Assembly (NCBI RefSeq): GCF_963921235.1
Contig: NC_086097.1
Coordinates: forward strand, 114,826,001 to 114,890,000
Reading direction: 5' to 3'
Origin: Mobula hypostoma
Lineage: Eukaryota
Length of the DNA stretch: 64,000 nucleotides
Made by a program: the position numbers and the translations under genes. Position 1 is the stretch's first letter. Every line of letters begins with the position of its first letter. This document shows positions 25,608-36,290 of this stretch, in pieces. The notes beneath the pieces were generated by a model. That model was given only the letters and a program-made list of their open reading frames with translations. It was not told the DNA's origin and searched no databases.

Positions 25608-26267
25608 TCACTGTGATAACAGAGTTCTATAACAATAGTGACAAGTTTTAACTCCACAATAGCTGTAGATGAAGACAACTTGCCTCATTGCAGACTCCCA
25701 TGTAGTACTTTGTAAATCCATAGAGGGTGCCAGGTGATATTCCAGGCAATAAAAGTCTTACAGCAAATAGGATTAAATTTATTGTAGCTTTATGTGTCTG
25801 CCTCTCTTGAACATCAAATGATACTTCTGGCATCTTTTCAGGTGCAGGTGCATAATACTTGATATTTTCTTACTTTGTTTCCTGCAAGAGTCTGGGAAGT
25901 CTGAGCTACATTTTCTGGTTCTCCAGTGCATAGCTATCATTTCTTTTTGTTCTCATCAGCTATTCCTATTTAGATGTTTTTGGAAAGAATTAAAGAAAAA
26001 TTGGTGAAACAAACAGAGGTGTTTATCAAGACTGAAAACAAGGAATGGCTATGTTTTTAGCCCAGAAGAGGGGTCTCAGCCGGAAATGTTGACTAGTTAT
26101 TAGTATCTACAGATCCCTAGATGCTGCCTGGCCTGCTGAGCTCTTCCAGCATTGTGTGTATGTGTGTTGCTTTTGATTTTCAGCATCTGCAGATTTTCTC
26201 ATGTTTGTGATTTTAATTCTGTACTTCATTTATACAGTGATCTCTCTTCTCTTGACCTTCCAAACTA

Positions 26268-27275
26268 CTAGACTATAAGACAGAGGAGCAGAATTAAGCC
26301 ATGCAGCCCATTGAGTCTGCTCCACCATTGTATCATAGCTGATTTATTATCCCTCATAACAGCATAACTTCTCCCTGTAATCTTTAACATCCTTACTAAT
26401 CAAGAAGCTATCAGCCTCCGTTTTAAATATACCTAATAGCTTTGCCTCCACAGCCATCTGTGGCAATAAATTCAACAGATACACCACCTTCTGGCTAATG
26501 AAATTCCAGTTCATCTCTATTTTAAAGGGATGATTTTCTATTCTGAGGCTGTGCCCTTAGGTCCTAGACTCCCCCACTGTTGGAAACATCCTCTCCACAT
26601 CCATTTTATTGAGGCCTTCCAATATTTTGTATGTTTCTGTGAGAACCCCCCCCCCCCGCACCCACCCCCATTTAGCGAGTACTGGCCTAGAGCCATCAAA
26701 CGCTTTTCATTCCTTAAATCATTTTATTCCTGGGATCATTCTCATGAACCTCTTCTGGACCCTGTCTAATGCCAGCACATCTTCCTTCGATAAGGGGCCC
26801 AAAACTACTCACAATACTATAAGTGTGGTCTGACCAATGCCTTATAAAACCTCAACATTACCTCCTTGCTTTTATGTTCTATTCCTCTCAAAATGAATGC
26901 TAGCACTGTATTTGCCTTCCATATCACCACCTCAGCCTGCAAGTTAACTTATAGGGAATCCTGCATGAGGACTCACAGATCCCTTTGCATCTCTGATTTC
27001 TGTATTTACTCCCCGTTTAGAAAATAAGACTACATCTTTATTTGTTCGGCTGAAGTGCATGACCAAACACTTCACTACACTCTATTCCATCTGCTACTTC
27101 TTTGCCCATTCTCGTAATCTTTCTAAGTCCTTCTGCAGACTCCCTGTTTCCTTAACACTACCTGCCCGTCCATCTACCTTTGTATCATCCATAAACCTGG
27201 CCACAAAGCCATTAATTCTATCATCCAAATAACTGACATGTAACATGAAAAAATGCCATCCCAACACTGACCACT
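26268..27275 (-). mobile_element. CR1 3' fragment
   Basis: Minus strand matches the RT C-terminus and 3' UTR seen in other CR1 copies (20270-20570, 30280-30820, 63695-64000). Confidence 0.8.
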
Positions 27276-27282
27276 GCAGTAT

Positions 27283-27900
27283 TTCAAATTGCTGACCCTC
27301 TCCACCTCTAATCCCCCGAGTGAGGACTCGCTCATGGACCTCTGCTTTCCTCCTCTGATGATCAGTTCTTTGGTCTTGCTGCCATTGAGTAAGGTGTTAC
27401 TGTTATGGCAGGAGTCAGCCAGATTTTCAGCCTGCCTCCTACATACTGACACCTCACCGCCTTTGATTCAGTCTACAACAGTGGTGTCATTAGCAAGTGT
27501 GAATATGTCATTTTAGCTGTGCTTAGCCACTCAGTCACAAGTGTAAAGTGAGTAGAGAAGGGCATGAAGCACACAGCTTTGTGGTGCACTGGGCTGATGG
27601 AGATTGTGGAGGAGATGTTGTTGCCAATCTGAACTGATTGGGGGTCTGCAACTGAGGAAATCGAGGATCCAATTGCACAAGGAGGTTTTGAGGCCAAGTT
27701 CTCGAAGTTTATTACAGATGGGGAGCAGTGAGAGTGCAGAAACGAGTTCGGTGGGGCAGGAGCAAGCTGAGACAATAGGTCGGCCAGGACATCTCGAAGT
27801 TTATTGATTAGTTTTGTGGGGATGATAGTATCGAATGCCCAGTCGTGGTTGGTAAAGAGCATCCTGATGATACGCCTTTGTTGTCCAGATTTTCCAGGGT
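27283..27900 (-). mobile_element. Rex1/Babar RT fragment with a short embedded PLE fragment (~27715-27790)
   Basis: AFDTIIPTKLINKL motif. 27715-27790 matches the PLE at 55875-55930 in reverse and is flanked by a CTCGAAGTTTATT duplication. Confidence 0.7.
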
Positions 27901-28089
27901 ATCAGTGACAAAAATAACTGCTTTTTGAAGACAAACACACAAAACTGAGATTGTTTGCTCTAAACATGCTGTAGCATGTAACATCAATTCAAGTGCGAGT
28001 GACTGACATTAGTTAGAAGCTGTTTGGCAACAGTCCCCTGCCCCAATTAAGTGACATGATGTCCCAAATAAATGAATGTAATCCTAGCA

Positions 28090-28455
28090 ATTTAGATGTA
28101 TAAGATGATGAGAGGCACTGATTGTGTGGATAGTCAGAGGTTTTTTCCCCAGGGTTGAAATGGCTAACATGAGGGGGCGTAGCTTTAAGGTGCTTGTAAG
28201 TAGGTACAGAGGGGATGTCGGGGGTAAGTTTTTCACACAGGGAATGTTGGGTGTGTAGAATACACTGCCAGTGATGGTGGTGGAGGCATATACAATAGGG
28301 TCTTTTAAGAGACTCTTAGATAGGTACATGGAGCTTAGAAAATTGAGAGCTATGCACTAGGGAAATTCTAGGCAGTGTCTAGAGTAGGTTACATGATCGG
28401 CACAACATTGTGGGCCGAAGGGCCTGTAATGTGCTGTAGATTTCTATGTTCAATG
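28090..28455 (+). mobile_element. CR1 3' end inserted into a pogo/Tigger-like DNA transposon remnant
   Basis: CR1 3' UTR (GGGCCGAAGGGCCTGT...TTCTATG). Host remnant ends CCCAATTAATCGGAATCCACTG-TA at ~28539. Confidence 0.6.
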
Positions 28456-28948
28456 CTCTAATTTTTGTTCTTCAAGAGTTGTCTCAAATAACCAGCTGCA
28501 CTGACTAACAGATGGCCCAATTAATCGGAATCCACTGTATCTGAAAAAAAACTTATGCATTATTGTTTATTAGTTCTAATGCATTTCCTTATTTTCCTGT
28601 AAACAAGAAAATAAATCTCAAGGTAGTACAGGGTGACATATATATATACTTCGATTTTTTTTTTAACTTTAATTAACTTACTTTACATTTGTTTTTCTCA
28701 CTGACCCCATACCGTTAATCTTCTGTCGGGTTCTTTCTGGAGCCGAAGGACAAATGGATGGGATTGGTTTTCACTGCTGACAGAACTCTGGCAGTTAAGG
28801 GTTGGGCATTTGTTACTTGGGGCAGAGCAAAGGTAAGCAAAGCTAAGCAAGATGCTACAGAAGTAATTGTAAGGTTATTATCATAACCATCCATACCAAG
28901 GATAAAAATGCAATGAAAGTTTGTTTTTTTTGCATCAGGTAAAACCTT

Positions 28949-29137
28949 AACACACAAGATGCTGGAGAAACTCAACAGGCCAGGCAGCATCTATGGAAAA
29001 AAGTAAACAGTCAACATTTTGAGCTGAGACACTTCACCAGTACTGATGAAGGGTCTCAGCCTGAAATGTCGACTGTTTACTCTTCTCCATAGATGCTGCC
29101 CGACCTGCTGAGTTCCTCCAGCATTTTGTGTGTGTTG
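28949..29137. repeat. ~190-bp palindrome of two PLE terminal fragments centred on CAGTACTG
   Basis: 28949-29041 is the near reverse complement of 29042-29137. Contains CAGTA-CTGATGA-AGGGTCTCAGCCT-GAAA-TGTC-GACTG. Confidence 0.85.
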
Positions 29138-29145
29138 CTTCGGAA

Positions 29146-29826
29146 TTTTTTTTAGATTATGAGGACACTCAGTCCTCGTTTATTGTCATTTAGAAATGCA
29201 TGCATTAAGAAATGATACAATGTTCCTCCACAGTGATATCACAAAAAAAAGAGGACAAACCAAAGACTAAAACTGACAAAACCACATAATTATAACATAT
29301 AGTTACAGCAGTGCAAAGCAATACCATAATTTGATAAAGAGCAGACCATGGGCACGGTAAAAAAAAATGTCTCAACGTTCCAATCGACTCCCGATAGTCC
29401 CGATAGCAGGCAGCAGAAGGGAGAAACTCTCCCTGCCATAAACCTCCAGGCGCCGACAACTGCCGATGCATTGGAAGCACCCGACCACAGCCGACTCTGA
29501 GTCCATCCGAAAACTTCGAGCCTCCGACCAGCCCTCCGACACTGAGCACCGCGCACCACCTCTGCCGAGCACTTTGACCCTGGCCCCGGCCGCTGAGCAA
29601 CAAGCATAGCCGAGGACTCGGGGCCTTCCCCTCTGGAGATTCTAGATCACACAGTAGCAGCAGCAGCGAAGAAGGTATTTCAGAAGTTTCTCCAGATGTT
29701 CCTCTGTGCTCTCACGTCCGTCTCCATCAAATCAGGATTGTGCATGGCACCCTACTTGACAGATAACAGATATCATCACTGGAGTGGCCGCTACGAGCTG
29801 CGTCGCACCGCCATCTTCTCCTCTTC
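29146..29826 (-). mobile_element. Short non-autonomous retroposon inserted into a PLE terminus
   Basis: CpG-rich. Minus strand starts GAGAAGATGGCGG and ends AATAAA...CATAATCTAAAAAAAA. Splits the PLE terminal motif GTTGCTT.GGA|TTTCCAGCATCTGC. Confidence 0.6.
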
Positions 29827-31179
29827 CATTTCCAGCATCTGCACATTTCCTTGTGTTTAAATGTTCTAAGAAATGCTTCAAGTAACACAGAGTGTATATC
29901 GCTTACATGACAAAATAAACTAAACTAAACATAATGGCATTAGGGCACATTGAGTCTCTTTAACTATATGTTAGCAGCAGGGAAGAAGCTGTCGTTGAAT
30001 CATCAGATTCCTATGTCTCCTGCCTGATGGTAACACTGAGACAAGAGGATGAATGGGTGGTGGGATCCACGATCATGGATGTCACCCTCCTGAAACAACG
30101 TCTCTTATAGATGTCCTCAGTCACGTGGAGAACTGTATCCATGATAGACCTGATCAAGTTCACCATTCTCCTGAGTCACTTTGGTCCTAGTGCATTGGCG
30201 TGTCCACACCAAGCTGTGAGACAGCTGGTCAGAATGTCCTTCAATAACTTGTACATGAACAAAGCTCACCAGTGATTTATAAAGCTGTATTTATAAGGTA
30301 CTGGTCAGACTGAACTCGGAGTATTGTGAGCAATTTTGGGCCCCTAATCTAAGAAAGGATGTGCTGGCATTGGAGAGAGTCATGAGGCGGTGTGTGACAA
30401 TGATCCCAGGAATGAAATGGTTAACATATGGGGAGCATTTGATAGCTTTAGACCTGTACTCACTGAAGTTTAGAAGAATGAAGGGGAAACCTATTGAATA
30501 TTGAAAAGAATACGTTTCCTATGGGGGGAGGTGGATTCTAGGACCTCAGAATAAAAGAATTCCCTTTAGAACATAGATGAGGAGGAATTCCTTTAGGTAG
30601 AGGGTGGTGAATCTGTGGAATTCATTGCCACAGATGCCTGTTGGGGTCAAATCATTGGGTATATTTAAAGCAGAGGTTTGTGGTTTTTGATTAGTTCGGG
30701 TGTCAAAGGTTATGGGGAAAAGGCAGGAGAAAGGGGCTGAAAAGGATAATAAGTCAGCCATAATTGGATGGCAAAGCGGACTTGATAGGCTAATTCTGCT
30801 CCTATGTCTTATGGTCTCATAACTGTAGAAATTTTTGGAGTCGTTGATGACATGCTGAATCTCCTGAATCTTCTAAGAAAGTAGAGTCACTGGTACACAT
30901 CGTTCATGAATGCATCTATGTGCTCGAAGAGATGGATTCTCTTGGATGTTAACACCAAGGAAACTTCCACCAATGACCCTTCAGTGAATACTGGTGCATG
31001 TACACCTGACTTCCCCTTCCTGAAGTCCCGTCATTTTTTGGGATTTGCTGATGTTAAGTTCAAAGTTATTGTTCTAACACACTCAAATTGCTGACCTAAC
31101 CCAATTGTACCAAAAACTCTGATGTACTCTGCCAATTTATATGTGGTGTTGGAGCTAATGCTTGTTCCGTTCGCTGCTC

Positions 31180-31560
31180 CATGACATTTTCTCAGCTTCG
31201 TGCTGAACTGAGACTGAGGCTGTGGCCTGCTCTGGGCTCCGTGATGTGAGGGCCCGCCACGTTTGCTCAGTTCTGCTTTGAACTGAAGCTGAGTCTGCGG
31301 CCTGCTCTGGGATCCGTGATGTGAGGGCCTGCCATGTTTGCTCGGCTCGGAGCCGAACTGAAGCTGAGGCTGCGGCCTGCTCTGGGCTCTGTGTTGTAAG
31401 GGCCTGCGACATTTACTTGGCTCTGCGCTGAACTGAGACTGAGGCTGAGGCTCTACCTGCTCTGGGCTCCGCCACTGAAGGCTCTCCGATGTTTACTCAG
31501 CTCTGTGCTGAACCGAGACTAAACTGTGGCCTGCTCTGTCTGCTCCGGGCTCCATGTCTA
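31180..31560 (+). repeat. Minisatellite, ~63-65 bp unit, 5-6 degenerate copies
   Basis: GAACTGAGACTGAGGCTGTGGCCTGCTCTGGGCTCCGTGATGTGAGGGCC...GTTTGCTC is repeated. Confidence 0.85.
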
Positions 31561-34069
31561 TGGACTCAGTTTTTTTCTGAATGCTATTTGCTTAATTTTA
31601 TTGTTTGGACAATTTGTCTTTTTTTCTGTCTGCACATTGAGGTTTTGATAGTCTTCATTTTTTATGGGTTCTTTTGGGTGTCTTTGTTTTGTGGCTGCTT
31701 GTAAAGAGACATATCCCAATGTATACATTTTTTGATAATAAATGTACTTTGTACTTTGAATTTTCTGAATTCAGGTTCATGGCCACACCAACCCTCCAAT
31801 ACAAACATTTCATATCTCCAAATCATCCATTTTCCTGACGAGCAATATCCTTTCAGCCTCTTGGCTTCTCCATGATCCAAAATCCTCTCTGGCGCCAAAT
31901 CTGTCCCTCTTTCCAATCTCAACCTGTGATCCTACATCTGAACTCAGGTTTCCCACTGTGATCTGATTTGTCCTCAGCTGATCTCCAGTCTACCCCTGTG
32001 ATCCAAATGGTCGGCATTCCTCAATCACTTTCCCACTCTTCCATGATCTTCCAGCATGTGTCACCTCCATCTTCTGATCTTCCTCCATGGTCAGTTCCAC
32101 CAGTAGAAGCTCCTCTTTAAGTTCCCATCACCCCTAACTCTCCAGGCTCTGCTCTCCTTTGGAAAAAGGTGACTGCAGACAATTGATGGGTACTAGGCAG
32201 CATACGCACCTTGTATGGAGACAACCTTGATCTAACGGACTGTCTCATGATTTCAAATTTCAAACTAAGCAATGGCTGGAGACTCAGGGGCAGCCTGTCC
32301 TGGGTGTGTGAGTCAGTGGGGAAGGGGCTTGTTCTGTTGTTGCTGCCTGTGTTGTTCTGCTGAATGTTGTTGGCACGTGATGTTGTCACCAGAATGTGTG
32401 GGGACACTTGCAGGCTGCATACCCTATGTTAAACTGCAGAGTGCCGCACTGCCAGGAATGCCCTTTTCAGATAAAATGTTCTTTTTCTTTGTGATCTAAA
32501 TAAAAGACTCCAAAGGATGTTACGGAGTTCTGCTAATCTCCTGGCTGATAACAATCCTCAACAAACATCATCGCAACAGATGAGCTAGCTATTCGCCAGC
32601 TGTGAGTCCTTGCAATGCTCAGGTTGGCAGCTGTTTACTACACAGTAAAATACTTAATTGGTTGGAAGACACTTAGGGATATCCTGATGTTATTGAAAAA
32701 CATTGCAGGCATACATAAGGGCCATAGCAACCTTGATGACCACTGGCTTTGTTAGCTAAATATACTCTCAGTGAGCACTTTATAAGCTACACTTGTTCAA
32801 GTGCTCGTTAATGCAAATATCTAATCAGTCAATCATGTAGCAGCAACTCAATACGTAAAAGCATGCAGACGTGGTCAAGACATTCCGATGTTGCTCAGAC
32901 TAAACATCAGAACAGGGAAGAAATGTGATATAAGTGACTTTGACTGTGGACTGATCATTGGTGGCAGACAGGGTGGTTTCCCGGGATTTTCATGCACAAC
33001 TGTCTCCAGGGTTTACAGAGAATCGTGCAAAAAAACAAACAAAAAATCCAGTGAGCAGAGTTCTGTGGGTGAAAACATCTTGTTAATTAAAGTGTTCAGA
33101 GGAGAGTGGCCAAACTGGTTCAAACTGACAGGAAGGCGACAGTAATTCAAATGAACATGCATTACAACAGTGGCGTGCAGAAAGGCGTCTGTGAATGCAC
33201 AACACTTCGAACCTGGAAGTGGATGAGTTACAGCAGCAGAAGGCCACGTACAAACTCCCAGCAGCCTCTTTATTAGTGTAGCCCCCCCGGTAAGCCTCAG
33301 GCTCACTCAACTCACTGTCGTCTAGGGGGAGCAGCCTTCAGCCCCGCCAAACTGGGTAATCAAGTTGGTGTGGACGCTGTGCGATGTACCCCATCCGCAA
33401 TACACCATATGTGATTAAATGATTACAATTTATAGATATTACTGGAACTATATAATTAATAGATATAAAATATGAAAAAGAAAGTAAAAGGCACCAAACT
33501 TATCAAAGTTCAATCTCTTCGTGCACAAACAGATGGAGCTCTAGTAACGATCCTCTTCTCACCATTCAATCCCTTCCGACCACCTCGATGCGCTGCCTGG
33601 GACCAACCACGGTCGTCGACCAGACGCTCCACACGAGTCTGTCTTCGTCTCCTCTCCTCGCTGAACACCCTGGACCTTGGACTCCGGCTCGGGGTCCGCC
33701 CCGTCGGCCAGCTCACAGCATCGCGTCCTCTCTCTCTCTCTCCCCATCGCGCCTTCTGCCCAAAAACCCGCGTATCACAATAGCTTACAGACACACAAGA
33801 AAGAATAACATCTATCCCAATTGGTTAGCAACCGAACACAACTCCTCTATAACCCAAACAAGCTGCTAGCGAGAGAACTTTCTCAGCAGTTAACATAACA
33901 AAGAAGCCATTTTGATTAGCCTACGCAGTAACATAAAAGAAGAAACCCCTTACACTCTCCCCCCACTAAATAAAGTCATGTCCTCATGACTTCTAAATAA
34001 ATCGCCAAGCATTCCTGCAGACACAAAAACCCAATCCAGGTACAAACAGTGACATTGCTCCCCAAACAG

Positions 34070-36290
34070 TGGATCTTACATCCGGTCCCACGGGTGCTAC
34101 ATAGGCCAACCTATCTGGGAGTTTCCTAATCCTCTAAGACCTCCATACCCCCTCACCTAAACCCTTCAGGCTCAGACACTACTGGGGATACCTTGGATTT
34201 GCTTACCAAATCCTCTTTTGATCTCTCACTCATGCTCCCACTGCACTTCGGAGCCCCCTGTCCTGTGTCCGGGGCTCCGCTTCTTTTCCTTCAGGGTCCT
34301 GCAGTAACCCAGGCTGCCCACAGCTAGCCCTCTCCACTGCACCTGACTCAGTGGAGGAAGGGCCAAAGGTCTGTTCCTCAATCGAGGGGAAGTTAGCGAA
34401 AGGCAGCATGTACCACACATCCAGCGCATCATTCTTCGAATCCATATTCTTCCTCATTTCCTCAATCAGTAGCTGCTGTTTGATTTTCTCCGAACTGAAG
34501 CACTTAGCCTGGGCTGCCTCTGCAACCTCTTCAGCCTCCTGCAGTCGAGACGTCAGCTTCTCATCCGACTCCTCCAACTCTCACCCCAGGCTCAGTAGTT
34601 CTGACGCACGCTTTGTGTCCATCTCCATCTGGGACGCAATTACACCACCAGCTTCTTCCAATCTGTTCTGGATCAATGTCTTGATTTTCTGCTGATCCTT
34701 TCAAAGGTTGGTCATTGTTTTGTCTCTCTGGATTAATTCATCAGTAAATGACCGCAGTTTTGGCTTGGAATTCCGTTTCTCCGTCTCCACTTTGACGAGC
34801 ATGGACTCCAATTCTTCAAGGGTTGTCCTGGGCTCCGGCACTCGCCTCACATCATCGTCCTCCAAGGCGAATCCAAACCCTAGGCAATCATCCACATACG
34901 CCAGAACTCCAAACACCTCCACATTCCTCATGGTCTTCCTCATGCCCTGCGGGAAGGTTGCAGGGGCTCCGGATATGCCCTGGGGCATCTTTTCGGATCC
35001 AAAGAATCCTAGGGAACCTATAACAGCCATCTTCTCCTTGTCAGCCTCACTTATCTGAATCTGGCAACATTCACTCCTCAGATCCTGCACATTAAATCAC
35101 GTCGCACCATTCAGACAGATCATTGCGTCTTCGGCCCTCAGGGCCGTATTCTGGTCAATGACAGAGCACCTGTTCAGAGTCCTATAATCCACACACACAC
35201 TGCCTACGTCTTCCACGGCTACAGGGGCCAGTTGCTGCGACCTCTCTCTCACCGAGGTGTCTTCAGTGGTCAACTCCCCTCCCTCGTGGCATTTCGGAGT
35301 GTCTACTAAGAGGGTCTCACCCTCAGATACTTCCCTCAGGCCGTAACACAATGGGGTCTCTTTTAAGTTCGGTACCAGCCCAAGGCTGTTACACACGTCC
35401 TCATGAGCAGCTCGAAACGCTGGGTGCACAGACAATGCCCCTATGAACTCCAGGTTCACTAACCAATCATCGTCTTCTGGATAATCACTGGCACTGGTAC
35501 CCCAAACCTCCAGTGCCCTTAATGTTGTCAAGGGTAAATGCTTCAGACACTGGTTGTAAAATGAACTGTACAACAACTTGACCTGCGCCCCGGTGTCGAG
35601 GATGGCTTTAGCATAGCTTCCATCTATTCGTAATGACACACTGGGGCGTGGTCCCTCTAAGCCTTCAGGAATAGGGTCTTTTCCTTTCAGAAGTTCCTTG
35701 GTACATTGCTGGGAACATGCTCCCCCAGAGACCCCAAGCCGTTCCCCCACTGGGCCTCCACTAAATTTCCTGACACCTCTCTGATCAGCTGAACAACTGA
35801 GGGAGGGACTGATCCCCTGAAATGATCCCCCTGGCACTGCAAGCAATTTAGCCGCCCTCCTAGCCAGAGAAGATACACTGAAAGCTTTCCCCCCGCTTTC
35901 AGATTACCGGCAGCTGTCACTACGGTGTGATTGAACCTGACAGTTCTAACACCGTCAACAGCCCGCCTACTCAAACTTTCAACCAATCCCTGTCACTCTC
36001 CCTCAACCAAGCACTGCCACTCATCTAACAACTGAGAGATCCGCTCCGCCCACATCTCGAACGCCTCTGCCCCTTTTGGGGTGGACAATATCCCAAAAGC
36101 CAGGTGGAGCCTGCCATAGCTGGAACATTTATTCGCAGACACTATCTCCGAATTAGACCACTCTTTCCTCTCTCTCCTAACAGTATGGACAGCCCGTGGT
36201 CCTACCACCAACTCATCAGTGCCAGTCTGAACTCGAACAAAGACTCCACCCAACACGCATGCAGTAATAACCAGCAGTCCCAGAGAGACA
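34070..36290 (-). pseudogene. Deleted gag-pol: PNMA-type gag, aspartic protease, truncated RT, myosin-like segment, pol C-terminal tail
   Basis: YGRLHLAFG...GAEAFEMW (gag), ILDTGAQV (protease), [21 protein letters not shown] and AYVDD (RT), RS*RIRKLPDRLAY (tail). No RNase H or DDE core seen. Confidence 0.88.
34419..34840 (-). pseudogene. Captured sarcomeric myosin heavy chain rod fragments (MYH16-like)
   Basis: [46 protein letters not shown] / RLEEAGGVIASQMEMDTKRASELLSLG*ELEE / [30 protein letters not shown], matching conserved MyHC rod motifs LAKVEKEK, RLEEAGGATSAQIE..KKRE.E...RRELEE and RLQEAEE..EA..AK..SLEK.K. Confidence 0.85.

Noticed and set aside
31180..31560. CRISPR array
   Set aside because: No unique spacers, no cas genes, eukaryotic context.
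34230..34840. Exons of a real host myosin gene
   Set aside because: The segments are intronless, non-contiguous, contain stops and lie between paired LTRs fused to RT.
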